A stretch of DNA of 64,000 nucleotides from an uncultured delta proteobacterium (GTDB taxonomy: Bacteria > Desulfobacterota > Binatia > UBA9968). A program made the translations under genes and the position numbers. A model generated the notes under the pieces. That model had not been told where the DNA came from and made no database searches. It saw nothing but the letters and a program-made list of their open reading frames with translations. Location of the stretch: the NCBI GenBank assembly GCA_963755715.1, contig CAVWLW010000027.1, positions 128,001-192,000 of the forward strand. Direction: 5' to 3'. Below are positions 19,907-30,435 of this stretch, one piece after another (positions within the stretch are counted from its first letter, which is position 1; each line of letters starts with the position of its first letter).

Positions 19907-20884
19907 ATGAGCAAGCGTGTCGCGTTTCCCCTGTTCTTTTCGTTAGCCCTATTCGTAATTACGCCCGCGACATCGCGCGGCATTCAGGAAATTAAAATCG
20001 CCTCGACGGGTCCCGGCGTTAGCACGCTGCCGCTCGAAATGGCCACACGAAAGGGTTTTTTCCGCGATGAGGGCCTCGATGTTCTGACGATCACGATGAG
20101 AACGAATATCGCGGTCAACGCGCTTCTAACCCGCAGCGTCGACTATGCTACGCCGAGCACTTCGGCGATCAAGGCCGCCACTGCCGGATTGCCGGTCAAA
20201 TTGATCGCTGTATTGTTGGGGCGCCCCGATTACTTTCTCACGGTAAAGAAAGAGATTAGATCGCTAAAGGACTTGAAGGGTAAACGCGTTGCCATTGGCA
20301 CTTTCGGCGCTGCCGCCGATTTGGCGCTGCGCACGGTCGCGAAACAGGATGGCTTGGACCCCGATCGCGATCTCATTCGTTTACAGATGGGCGGAGCCGC
20401 TTCTCGCTACGCTGCTCTGATCGCCGGAAGCGTAGACGCAACGATTTTAACGCTGCCGTATAACTTGCAAGCGGAAAAGGCCGGTTACAAAGACTTGCTC
20501 TGGTTCGGCGAGCGCATGGAATTGCCCTTATCCGGGCTTGTAGCCCGCGACGAAACTATTCAAAAAAATCCAAAGCAAGTTCTCGCGGTCGTGCGCGCGG
20601 TCTTTCGCGCCATGAGCTTTGCAGGCGCCAATCGCGAAGAAACCACGCAAATAATCGTCAACTGGCTCAAAGTAGACCAGGAAGTCGCCGCCAAAAGTTA
20701 CGACCTCGGCAAAAACAGTTGGTCCGCCGGCGGAATCGTCTCGGACGCAGCGGTGAAAGTATTGGTCGATCAAGCGATATTGGAGATCAAGGGCAAAGAC
20801 GCCGTCCCGCTCGACAAAGTCCGTACCTGGAGCTTCGCCGAACAAGCGCGGCGGGAGTTGGCGAACGCAGGAATAGCGCGATAA
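19907..20884 (+). CDS. NMT1/SsuA-like ABC solute-binding protein
   Basis: Signal peptide, KGFFRDEGLDV, DLKGKRVAIGTFG and ALIAGSVDA. Confidence 0.85.
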   Translation: MSKRVAFPLFFSLALFVITPATSRGIQEIKIASTGPGVSTLPLEMATRKGFFRDEGLDVLTITMRTNIAVNALLTRSVDYATPSTSAIKAATAGLPVKLIAVLLGRPDYFLTVKKEIRSLKDLKGKRVAIGTFGAAADLALRTVAKQDGLDPDRDLIRLQMGGAASRYAALIAGSVDATILTLPYNLQAEKAGYKDLLWFGERMELPLSGLVARDETIQKNPKQVLAVVRAVFRAMSFAGANREETTQIIVNWLKVDQEVAAKSYDLGKNSWSAGGIVSDAAVKVLVDQAILEIKGKDAVPLDKVRTWSFAEQARRELANAGIAR

Positions 20885-20930
20885 GCGCCTCTCGTATTCG
20901 CAGGTCGATGGATATGTAGGCCGGAGCGGA

Positions 20931-22048
20931 ATGGGACTTTCGATTCGAGAAATCATCGCAACCTATAATCCCGATGCTCATTTAAGTGAGGCGTCAACCC
21001 CGCCATCATCTTGGTACACAGATCCTCGCATTCTCGAACTCGAGCAAAAAACGGTCCTTTCGCAGTCGTGGCAGTTCGTCGGTCGCACCAATCAGCTGGG
21101 CGATCCAGGCAACTACATCACATGTGATGTCGCCGGCGAGCCAATCGTCGTCGTTGTAGGAAATGACAATGTTCCGCGTGGCTTCTTCAACGTCTGCCGT
21201 CATCACGCCGCAGCCGTAATGACGAAATCCGAGGGAAGAACAGAGAATCTGCGCTGTCCCTACCATGGCTGGACGTACAATCTGGAAGGTGCGCTGATTC
21301 TTACGCCGGAATTTGGCGGGGTCGCCAATTTCGACCGCGCCGCGAACGGGCTTGTTCCGGTTCAAACTGCGGTCTGGCAGAACTGGGTGTTCGTGAAGCT
21401 CGACGGCTGGAGATCCGTCACTCGAAGATTTTCTCGGCAAGGATCTCATCGGACGTTTAGAACGCTTGAACCTCGAACAATTAAGATGGTTCGAACGCCG
21501 CCACTATACAGTCAACTGCAACTGGAAAGTCTTCGTCGACAATTATCTCGACGGCGGCTATCACGTCCCGCATATTCACGGCGGTTTGAACAGCGTACTC
21601 GATTACAGCAACTACAAGATCGAAACTGGCGAGCGCTTTTGTGTGCAGTCGAGCCCGATCGTGCCAAATGTAGGCGAGGGTAAAACCGCCGAAGTCCGCA
21701 AAGGCGAGCGCGCATTCTATTACTGGATCTATCCGAATCTCATGATCAACATCTACGACGGCGTGATGGATACGAATCTCGTCATCCCGCGCGGCATTGA
21801 CCAAGACCGAAGTCATCTTCGATTACTATTTTGCCGACGTCTCGGAACAGGCCCGCAAGCACAACCTCGCGAGCATCGCCGTCAGCGAACAGATCCAAGC
21901 CGAAGACGTCGCGATCTGCGAATCCGTCCAGCGCGGCTTGAACTCTCGCTCGTATTCTACCGGCCGGCTGTCAGTTCGGCGCGAAGCGGGAGAGCATCTT
22001 TTTCACAAGCTGCTGCATGCGGATTTGGTGGCCGGCTTTGTTGGATGA
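20931..22048 (+). CDS. Rieske non-heme iron oxygenase alpha subunit (choline monooxygenase-like), two frameshifts near 21415 and 21800
   Basis: NVCRHH...CPYHGW, NWKVFVDNYLDGGYHVPHIH and QAEDVAICESVQRGL are spread over three consecutive frames. Confidence 0.85.
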
Positions 22049-22069
22049 CGAATCCCGACAAACTCAGTC

Positions 22070-23815
22070 TTACAGTCGCTCCTGAATGCCATATCGCGCG
22101 CTGATTTTCTGCGCGATCGACACAAGGAGGATCAAGATCGTGAACATGAGCACGCCGAAGGCGCTCAGTTGTTGAAATGAGCCGTTGGTCCAAAGATCGT
22201 AGATGATGACCGATGCGGTGCGGTTGCTCGAGCGCGCAAGCATCAACGAAATCGTCAGCTCCCGATAGGCGTGGACCATGACCCAAAACCATCCAGCCAT
22301 GAGACCGGGGCGAAGAAGCGGCAAATAAATGTGGCGAAAGTTTCTCCACCAGCCTCCGCCTGCCACCGCTGCCGCTTCTTCGAGCTCGGTATGAATTTGT
22401 ACCATGGATGCCGAGACAAAACGCAGAGCAAAGGGCAAATACCTCGTCAAATAAGCCAAGCCGATGATGCTCAACGTGCCGATGACGGGCAGCGGCACCA
22501 ATAGATAAAGCCAAAGAAATGCGGAGCCAAGCACGACGCTCGGCAGGGCGATGGGAGCGAAGGCAAGGAAGTCGAGAATTTTTCGGCCGCCGAGCCGCGT
22601 CTTGTGCACGAAATAACTGATTGCCGCAACCAACAGCATGACGATGGTGGCCGAGCCGACACCGAGCAATGTGCTGTTCCATAGCGGCTTGAGCGCGTAA
22701 CCGCCTTCGGTGAGAAGAGTTCTGTAATTAATCAATGACATCGCCTCGAACGCTTCGGCGGTCGGCGGTCGAAAGCGCGGCAACAAAGAAGCGTAAAGCA
22801 TGGTCAGAAACGGCAGTCCGGTAATGAAGAATACGAGGAAAAGACTCAACAGACAGCTGAGATATTTCCAGCCGCCGAGATCGATGCGCCGCGGCCGGTA
22901 GTCCTTGCCAGTGATCGTTTGGTAACGCTCGCCGTGGCGCACGAGGCGGAAATAAACATAGAGCAGCGCCATGGAAAGAAACAACAGCACGATCGAATAC
23001 GTGCTCGACAGACCCCAATCCGTCGGCATACGCGACGTGTTGAAATAAACTTGCGTCGTATACACCGCCACCCGAGCGCGCCCACCAAGCAAAAGCGGCA
23101 CTTCGAAGCTCTCGATCGTCTGTATGAACAAAAGCAACGCGGCCGCTGCCGCCGCGGGCACGATCAGGGGCAACGTGACGCGGCGAAAAGTCGGCCAGGT
23201 GCCGGCGCCGGCGATGGCTGACGCTTCCTCGAGGCGCGGATCGATCGACTGCATCGCGGCGGACATCAGTAGATAAGCGAGCGGCGTCATTTCCAGCGCT
23301 TGCACCCAAACCATACCCCAAAAAGAATAGATATTGAGGAATCGCGGCACACCGGTGAGGGCGTTGATCATATAGTTGAGCACGCCGATGCTCGGGCTCG
23401 CCGAGAGAATCCAAGAGATCGTGATGATTACGCCGGGAATAATAATTCGCCCCAGAGTAATCATGCCAATCAACTTTGCCAGCGGCGTATTGGTGCGCTC
23501 CACGGCCCACGCCAAGAATGTCCCGCAGATAAAGGCGCAGAAGCTCGACAAGGCCGCGAAGTAGAGCGTGTTTAGGCTCGCTTCCCAAAATTCGCTGATG
23601 CCGTACGCCCTGACGTAGTTGGCGAGCGTGAAGCTCAGTTCTAGGAAACCGGGCTCGCCGGGGCGAATCGTCTTCAGGCTGGTCCAGATGATGAGAAGAA
23701 GCGGAACGAGGACTTGGTAGCCAAGAATAACAACCAAGCCGATGACAACGATGCCGCCACCGCTCATCAACGGCGGCCGCGCTCCGGCTCCCCAACGGAG
23801 CGAGCTCGTTGCCAT
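22070..23815 (-). CDS. Fe3+/thiamine-type (FbpB-like) ABC permease with two repeats
   Basis: Two EAA loops (DPRLEEASAIAGA and ELEEAAAVAGG) and multiple TM helices. Confidence 0.9.
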   Translation of the reverse strand: MATSSLRWGAGARPPLMSGGGIVVIGLVVILGYQVLVPLLLIIWTSLKTIRPGEPGFLELSFTLANYVRAYGISEFWEASLNTLYFAALSSFCAFICGTFLAWAVERTNTPLAKLIGMITLGRIIIPGVIITISWILSASPSIGVLNYMINALTGVPRFLNIYSFWGMVWVQALEMTPLAYLLMSAAMQSIDPRLEEASAIAGAGTWPTFRRVTLPLIVPAAAAAALLLFIQTIESFEVPLLLGGRARVAVYTTQVYFNTSRMPTDWGLSSTYSIVLLFLSMALLYVYFRLVRHGERYQTITGKDYRPRRIDLGGWKYLSCLLSLFLVFFITGLPFLTMLYASLLPRFRPPTAEAFEAMSLINYRTLLTEGGYALKPLWNSTLLGVGSATIVMLLVAAISYFVHKTRLGGRKILDFLAFAPIALPSVVLGSAFLWLYLLVPLPVIGTLSIIGLAYLTRYLPFALRFVSASMVQIHTELEEAAAVAGGGWWRNFRHIYLPLLRPGLMAGWFWVMVHAYRELTISLMLARSSNRTASVIIYDLWTNGSFQQLSAFGVLMFTILILLVSIAQKISARYGIQERL

Positions 23816-23836
23816 GATGTCAAATCACCTGGGCGG

Positions 23837-24916
23837 TTACTTCATCCGGCCGATCGATTGGTTCCAGGCCTCGTGTAGCCGTTTGGTGATGTCGTCGCTG
23901 ACGATGTTATAGGTGACGAGCTTGACGCTGTCCGGCAAATACGGATGCTTGATCGTGAGCGGTCCGCGCAAGATCGAGTTGATGAGATTTTGGCTATCCG
24001 GCGACAACGTCCAGTCGACGAATAATGCCGATGCATAAGGATGCTCGGTATTTTTGTTGATCACCATGGCGCCGGCGAAGGACAGCACGGGCGCGCTCAA
24101 TACCATAGCGAAAGGCGCCTTAGGATCTTTTTTCTTGGCTTCCACGCCGGTGTAAAAATAATTGTCACCCTGCACGGCATGATCGCCTGTGAGCATGAGC
24201 TCCATGCGCTGGGTGTGGCCTTGCTGGATGATCGGTTGATTCTGCCCCATGCATTTGAACCATTCTTTGACTTTCCCTTCGCCCATCATGACGTAAAGTC
24301 CGGCCATAAAGCGCGTTTCCGGTGGATCGAAGGAAACCTGCCCCTTGAACTCGGGCTTACAAAGATCGAACCAAGCTTTTGGCGCTTTGTCCGGCTTGAC
24401 CAAATCCGTATTGTAAGAAATTCCATGTTCGGCCCAATACCAAGGCGTCCAGCGATTCTCCGGCTCGATGAACGCTTGGTACTGTTTTAAAATCCCTTTG
24501 GTCGCCGGCGTTGGATACTTGGCGACCAAATTTTGCTTGAGAATAACCGCCATATCGGGCACGCCGAGTGTGAGAATATCGGTCAGATGCCGGCCCGCGG
24601 TCTCCTCGGCGATGAAGCGCTCCGCCGCATCCTGTGAGCCGATATCGCCCATCTCGACTTTCACAAAGGGATAGCGTTTTTCAAAAAGAGCGACATGATC
24701 GCGCGCGATCTTGCCGCGCCAAGTATGAACGAAATTGAGCTTGCCCTCCTTGCGCGCACCGTCTTCGAGTTGCTTGGTTCGCTGGTCGGCCGGCAATTTA
24801 GCGAGTTTGGTGTAAAGCTGCTCCGCTGACGATTCCGCGGCAACGCTCTTGCCTACAAACGGGTGAAAGCCTATGGCTACGGCGATCAGCAGGGCAATTC
24901 GAACAAGGCGAGTCAT
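23837..24916 (-). CDS. Fe3+/thiamine-type (FbpA/AfuA-like) solute-binding protein
   Basis: Signal peptide, GARKEGKL, YNTDLVKP..APK.W.DL and HPYASALFVDWTLS. Adjacent to the permease. Confidence 0.85.
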   Translation of the reverse strand: MTRLVRIALLIAVAIGFHPFVGKSVAAESSAEQLYTKLAKLPADQRTKQLEDGARKEGKLNFVHTWRGKIARDHVALFEKRYPFVKVEMGDIGSQDAAERFIAEETAGRHLTDILTLGVPDMAVILKQNLVAKYPTPATKGILKQYQAFIEPENRWTPWYWAEHGISYNTDLVKPDKAPKAWFDLCKPEFKGQVSFDPPETRFMAGLYVMMGEGKVKEWFKCMGQNQPIIQQGHTQRMELMLTGDHAVQGDNYFYTGVEAKKKDPKAPFAMVLSAPVLSFAGAMVINKNTEHPYASALFVDWTLSPDSQNLINSILRGPLTIKHPYLPDSVKLVTYNIVSDDITKRLHEAWNQSIGRMK

Positions 24917-25060
24917 GCGAAATCCTCCCATTACGAATGGAATCAAGGTTTTCCTATATGCCAGTTGAGCGCATGTTTTCAAGGCAAGGGAGCGTTGTTT
25001 TGCGAAGCTTCTCGAATCGGCGTAGAATGTTTCCCATTAATCGAGTCGAAAAAAATTTAC

Positions 25061-26017
25061 ATGCGCTCAAAAATTTACATCGACGGTCAAGCGGGCACCA
25101 CAGCGCTGCGCATTCGCGAATGGCTCGCGGAACGGGACGATCTCGAGGTCGTGACGCTTCCTGAAGAACTGCGCAAAGATCCTGCCGCACGCAAGCAGGC
25201 ATTCGAGGGCGCCAACATTGTCTTACTCTGTCTTCCCGATGATGCGGCGAAAGAAGCCGCGAGTTGGGTGAGCGATTCGCCGGTGCGGCTTCTCGACGCT
25301 AGCACCGCGCACCGCGTTACCGAAGGTTGGGTTTATGGGCTGCCCGAATTAATCCCGGATCAGCGCGAGCGCATAGCCAAAGCTCAACGGGTGGCGAACC
25401 CCGGCTGTTATGCCTCTGCCGTGATTTTGCTGCTGCGCCCGCTCGTGGACGCGGGGCTGATCGCGCCGGACACGCCGTTGTCGATTCATGCCCTTTCCGG
25501 TTACTCCGGCGGCGGGCGTTCGCTCATAGAACGTTGGGAAGACCCCAAGCGTGGCTTGCTCAAGCTGACTTACGAAGCTCCATACAGCATTGCTAAGTTT
25601 CACAAACACATCCCGGAAATCATGCGCCATGGCGCGCTCGATACGGAACCGCATTTTCTACCCAATGTCGGTCCGTTTCGTTGCGGCATGCGCGTGGAGA
25701 TCATGATCCCGGCGAAAGCTCGGCTCAAAGCGGGCAGCGGCAAAGCCCTGTGGGAAATCCTGTCGGCGCGCTACGAGAGTGAAACATTCGTCGAAGTTGA
25801 ACCCTTGACTGACGCCAGCGAGGCGGACGAGTTCAGCTTCGATCCGCAAGCGCTCAACGATACCAACCGCATCTCGCTTCGCGTCCTGCCGCACCAGTCC
25901 GGTCACGTCCTGCTTATGGCGCGGCTCGACAACCTCGGCAAAGGCGCGGCGGGCGTGGCGATTCAGAATTTGAATCTCATGCTGGGCGTACCGGAAGACA
26001 CAGGCCTACCGCGCTAA
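25061..26017 (+). CDS. argC: N-acetyl-gamma-glutamyl-phosphate reductase (type 2)
   Basis: IYIDGQAGTTAL, DASTAHR...WVYGLPEL, VANPGCY, SGYSGGG and DNLGKGAAG. Confidence 0.93.
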   Translation: MRSKIYIDGQAGTTALRIREWLAERDDLEVVTLPEELRKDPAARKQAFEGANIVLLCLPDDAAKEAASWVSDSPVRLLDASTAHRVTEGWVYGLPELIPDQRERIAKAQRVANPGCYASAVILLLRPLVDAGLIAPDTPLSIHALSGYSGGGRSLIERWEDPKRGLLKLTYEAPYSIAKFHKHIPEIMRHGALDTEPHFLPNVGPFRCGMRVEIMIPAKARLKAGSGKALWEILSARYESETFVEVEPLTDASEADEFSFDPQALNDTNRISLRVLPHQSGHVLLMARLDNLGKGAAGVAIQNLNLMLGVPEDTGLPR

Positions 26018-26850
26018 CGCCGTTTCGCCTTTTCGGCCACGCGCGCGTTGGGCACGATCCGTAGCGGCGTGGGAACCCAGGGAAGCAAGCCGCGAATCAT
26101 GCTAGCCAGCAAAGCGAGCCTTTTTTCTTTTCGCCCGCTCCATCGTAGATCATAGCCAGCTCGAAGCGTTTCCGGCAGCAGCCCGGCTGTGACAAATCGA
26201 AACAGCGGTCCGCCGGGCTTGAAAATCCATGGACGCGGATAAAGCACATCGTGCGCGAGACGCTTCGCCAACCGTCCCACGGCGATTTTGTCACTGAGCA
26301 ACATCCGCTTCATGTACGCTTCGAATGCTTCGAGCGACACCGGAATTGTCTCTTCTTCAATCCCGAACAATGAAGCCAGTTTTTTGGAATCGTTGTAATA
26401 GGTAATTCTCTCATGCGGCGACAATGGCGCGACAAACAGGTGATAGGCGACCAGCGCCGAATCGATCAACGTAGCGTGCACCCAGAGCAGCAGTTCCTGA
26501 TCGAAAGCATCGTACGGCGCACCGCCCTGCGACGGTTCGTTCTCCGGAACAACGCCGCGCACCTGTGTGTGGCGACGCTCCACGCTTTGAAGCGCAGCCC
26601 GCGCGTCCAACTGTTCGTCAAACACGATCGACCACATCGCGTTCATAGTGCGATAAAGCCGGGCGAGCGGATCTTCTTGAAAGCGGCTGTGCTCGGCGAC
26701 ACCGGCGGCGATCTTCGGATGGGCGAGTTGCATCAGCAGCGCGCGCCCGCCGGCGAGCAGCAGGACCATTTCCCGATTGACGTGCCGGATCTTGCTGTCG
26801 CGCTCGAAAAATCCCTCGCCGCCTTTTGTCTTGTCCGGAACCGTGCTCAC
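26014..26850 (-). CDS. MpaB/DUF2236 oxygenase-family protein
   Basis: GGRALLMQLAHPKIAAGVAEHS and LLWVHATL. The start codon is uncertain. Confidence 0.85.
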   Translation of the reverse strand: MSTVPDKTKGGEGFFERDSKIRHVNREMVLLLAGGRALLMQLAHPKIAAGVAEHSRFQEDPLARLYRTMNAMWSIVFDEQLDARAALQSVERRHTQVRGVVPENEPSQGGAPYDAFDQELLLWVHATLIDSALVAYHLFVAPLSPHERITYYNDSKKLASLFGIEEETIPVSLEAFEAYMKRMLLSDKIAVGRLAKRLAHDVLYPRPWIFKPGGPLFRFVTAGLLPETLRAGYDLRWSGRKEKRLALLASMIRGLLPWVPTPLRIVPNARVAEKAKRR

Positions 26851-26861
26851 GTCGAGAACGC

Positions 26862-28096
26862 TTAGGCCAAAGTATCGGACGGCAGCGGCGCTATTTGTAA
26901 TTCTTCCGCTGAGCGCTGCGCGCCGGGCAAGATCCACCACGCAAAAGCCCCCAACGTAAATGCGCCGACGCCGCAGATCAGATAAAGCAGATCGATGCCG
27001 CTTCGATCGATCAACCAGCCGGCCGATGCGTTCGAGACAATGCCGGCGATACCCGCGCTCACCATCGAGAGAATTCCTTGCGCCGTGGAGCGCAGTTTTT
27101 CCGGCGCCACAACGTCAAGATAAAGCGGGCTACCCAAGTTGAGTCCCACGACGGTGACGCCGTGTAGCGCCTGCACAGCGAACAAAAGAGTCGTATCGGT
27201 GATCATGGCGCATAAAAACCAGCGCAAGCCGCCGACCAGGACGCCGACGCCAAGCAAGCCGCGGGCGCCGAGGCGCTTCAAGCCGCTGCCCGTTGAAAGC
27301 ACGAGCGGGATCTCGAACAGCAACATGAGGATCCACATATTGCGAATCGTGCTGAGATCGCCGCCGCGCGAGCGGACAAAGAGCGGGAACAACCACATCG
27401 GTCCGTGCATCAGGAAATGGGCGATGAGCGCGAACAACAAAAATCTCAGAAACGCGCGGTTGTGCACGAGCTCGCGCCAATCGCCGCGTTGCGCGCGCAG
27501 TGCCACGGCGCCGCTCCTAGGCAGCAGGAAAGCGATCAACGCCGCGCCAAACACCAAGCTCGCGGTGATCGGAAACATCAAACCGAGATCAGGCTGTGAT
27601 GAATTGACGGCTGGCGCATTTCCGACCGGCTGAATAAGGGTAAGCAGCCAAGGAAATAAAAGAATGAGAATGAAATAGCCGACCGTCCCCCACACGCGCA
27701 CCCGGCCAAACGCGTGGCGGCCCTCGTCGCGCAGAATCGCCAGGCTCACCGAAGTCATGATTGGAAAAATCGCAGTGCCGACTACGGCCAGCGCTGCAGT
27801 CGCGAGACCGATCGACCAAAAACCTGCCGCGCTGCCAAGTCCTAGATAACCCAGAGCCGTGCCCAAGGTGAGCAACGCCAGCATGCGGCTGCGCGCGCCG
27901 GTGCGGTCCGCCAGATTGTCCCCAGAACGGCTGAGCGAGCATGCCGATCAACGGCGAGATCGCTAAAATCAAACCCACTTCTGTGCCGGTCAGCCCGGCA
28001 TTCTCTCTCAGATAAAGAGCGAAATAAGGATAGAAGATGCCCAAGGAACCGAAGTAGACAAACCAAAACAAGCGTCAGCGGAATAGAATGCCACAT
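26862..28096 (-). CDS. MFS transporter (MFS_1-like/PPP family), frameshifts near 28072 and 27915
   Basis: YFGSLGIFYPYFALYL, FGRVRVWGTVGY and APEKLRSTAQG in successive frames. Confidence 0.82.
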
Positions 28097-28157
28097 GGCG
28101 CGATGATAACATCAGTCGGCATAAGGTTCACTGTCGGTAAACGAAGAATTTGGGAAA

Positions 28158-28704
28158 ATGCCGGACACGAGCTGCAATTCGCCGCGCACTGTCCATACCA
28201 TCGGCCACTCAACGAGAACGATTGATGCGTTGATCGAATTCTTAGGTGCGCACGCAATCGAGCTGCTCGTCGACGTGCGCCGCTGGCCGGCGTCGCGCCG
28301 CTATCCACATTTCAATCGCGAGCCGTTAGGCGCGTCGCTGCAAGCGCACGGCATCGATTATCTGTGGCGCGGTGATCTCAGGCGGTTTTCGCAAACCCGC
28401 TCCCGACTCACCTAACACTGCCTGGCGGGTTGCGACCTTTCGCGCCTATGCGGATTTCATGTTGACGGAGGAATTCGAGCGAATCATGAAGGAAATGGAA
28501 ACGAGCGCGGACCAAAACCGCATCGCCGTCATGTGCGCCGAAGCGGTTCCCTGGCGTTGTCATCGGCAGTTACTCGCCGATGCGTTTCTCGTGCGCGGTT
28601 GGGCGGTACGCCATATCCTGGACGACACTTGCCACGAGCATTCGTTGCCGGGCTTTGCCCGTGCGGATGGGACGCGAATTTATTATGGCGGCGCGAGCAA
28701 ATGA
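28158..28704 (+). CDS. DUF488 family protein, frameshift near 28379
   Basis: TIGHSTR, LVDVRRWPASRRYPHFN, GGFRKP and MCAEAVPWRCHR. Confidence 0.85.
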
Positions 28705-28719
28705 GCGCCGGCAGCAGCG

Positions 28720-29487
28720 CTAGCGGTACATCCCGCTTGGATCGAGCTCTTCGCGGATCAAGCGCAGCTCTTCTACCGATGGTGCGGAAACCTCCTCGAT
28801 CTTAGCGGCCAGCCGCAGTGGCCAGCCGACTTCTTCCTGCACATTCTTTTCGGTTATGCCGGGATAGAGCGCGTTCAGTTGCATCTCGCGCTCGGCATTG
28901 TCGAAGTTCAAGATCGCCATGTCGGTAATCACGATCTCGGGTCCGCCGCCGGGAAGGCCGAGACGGGAGCGGCTGTCCCCGCCGGTCAGATGACCCGGGC
29001 TGGTGACGAAGTCAAGCTTTTCGACGAATGCCCGGCGTTTGAGACGCATGATCATGAACGTTCGTTGAGCGTTGGTGGCGATCTCGCAGGCGCCGCCGCT
29101 CCCCGGCAGGCGCGTCTTGGGTTTGGCATAGTCGCCGATCACCGTGGAATTGAGATTGCCGTGTTTATCGATCTGGGCTCCGCCAAGCAGCGCGATTTCG
29201 ACCAAGCCCCGTTGCAAATACAAGCCAAATAGATCCGCCATCGATACCACCGAGACGGCGCCGCTGACGAGTGTCGGATCGCCGATGGAAAGCGGCAACC
29301 GCTCCGGTCGCGCGCCGTAAACACCGGACTCATAAATCAGCTCCATATCCGGAGCGACGGTGACGCGCGCCAAGTTGCAGGCGATATTGGGGAGACCGAC
29401 GCCGACGAATACGGTGCGCGCGCCCGTCAACATGCGCGCCGCCACTGCGATCATCATCTCCGACGCCGAATAAGCGGGATCGCTCAT
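28720..29487 (-). CDS. pcaJ: 3-oxoadipate CoA-transferase subunit B (GctB/CatJ type)
   Basis: FVGVGLP, LIYESG, LGGAQID..GNLNSTVIG and RLPGSGG. Lies in the pca cluster. Confidence 0.82.
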   Translation of the reverse strand: MSDPAYSASEMMIAVAARMLTGARTVFVGVGLPNIACNLARVTVAPDMELIYESGVYGARPERLPLSIGDPTLVSGAVSVVSMADLFGLYLQRGLVEIALLGGAQIDKHGNLNSTVIGDYAKPKTRLPGSGGACEIATNAQRTFMIMRLKRRAFVEKLDFVTSPGHLTGGDSRSRLGLPGGGPEIVITDMAILNFDNAEREMQLNALYPGITEKNVQEEVGWPLRLAAKIEEVSAPSVEELRLIREELDPSGMYR

Positions 29488-30416
29488 CGATACCTCCCGT
29501 AATCGACCGACGGCGCCGGATAAGGCTCCGGCTTGAGCTTGTCAAAATGGGCTTGCCCAATTTTGCCCACGTAAGCGCCGAAATTTTCCAGGCCGTAAAC
29601 CCATTCGTCGAGCCACGCGACGACCGCCGCGTGATCCTGCGAAAGTTTATCCCAGGCAAGATAGGACTCGTTGTCTCGGTCGTAATAACCCTGAACGTAC
29701 GAAGGATGCGCGCCATACGGTTCGTGCACCACCGCATCGACGATCAAGCCGGGAATCAAAGTACGATTGGGATCGGCGCGGATCACCGATTCGTCAACCA
29801 ACTCTTCCACCACGACGATGACACGCTTCGAAGCGAAAGCTACTTCTTTCTGCATGCCGAGGAGCCCCCACAATTGCGTATTGCCCTGCCGATCAGCGCG
29901 TTGGGCGTGCAGGATAGCGACGTCGGGGTTGAGCGGCGGCACCACAGCGATCTTACCCGTGCCGTAGGGATCGTCGATAAGTTTAATTAACGGATTGGCC
30001 GTTAGCATGTCTGAGCCGACGTAGCTCCGTAGGGCGAAAAACGGCATGCGCGCCGCGCCGGCGGCATAACGGCCGACCAGCCCGTAGTGCGAATACTCTT
30101 CCAGCTCCAATGGAAGGGGGACACTTTTCTCCACAGCGCGGCGAATGCAGTAAAGCGAGCCGACGCCCGGATTGCCCATATAGCTGAAAATTAATTTTTT
30201 CGCCGCCCCGGCCGCGATCATCTGATCGTAGATCAGATCGGGAGTCATCCGGATCAAGGTCAAATTGCGCCGGCGCTGCCGAATGATCTCATGGCCCGCC
30301 GCGAAACAGATGAATCCGGTGAAACCTTCGATGGCGATCGAGCAGTCATCCGCCACGTGCGTGGCGATGGCCTCTCGCATCGATACGACCTTATCGGTTT
30401 TTGCTGTGTTGCTCAT
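29484..30416 (-). CDS. pcaI: 3-oxoadipate CoA-transferase subunit A (GctA/CatI type)
   Basis: EGFTGFICFAAGHEIIRQ, RMTPDLIYDQMI, GNPGVGSL and AHPSYVQGYYDRD. 4-nt overlap with subunit B. Confidence 0.82.
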   Translation of the reverse strand: MSNTAKTDKVVSMREAIATHVADDCSIAIEGFTGFICFAAGHEIIRQRRRNLTLIRMTPDLIYDQMIAAGAAKKLIFSYMGNPGVGSLYCIRRAVEKSVPLPLELEEYSHYGLVGRYAAGAARMPFFALRSYVGSDMLTANPLIKLIDDPYGTGKIAVVPPLNPDVAILHAQRADRQGNTQLWGLLGMQKEVAFASKRVIVVVEELVDESVIRADPNRTLIPGLIVDAVVHEPYGAHPSYVQGYYDRDNESYLAWDKLSQDHAAVVAWLDEWVYGLENFGAYVGKIGQAHFDKLKPEPYPAPSVDYGRYR

Positions 30417-30435
30417 TTTCTGAAATAAGATTCTT

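Noticed and set aside
22728-23795. 355-aa alternative-frame ORF inside the ABC permease
   Set aside because: Arg/His-rich off-frame translation typical of GC-rich genes, with no motifs.
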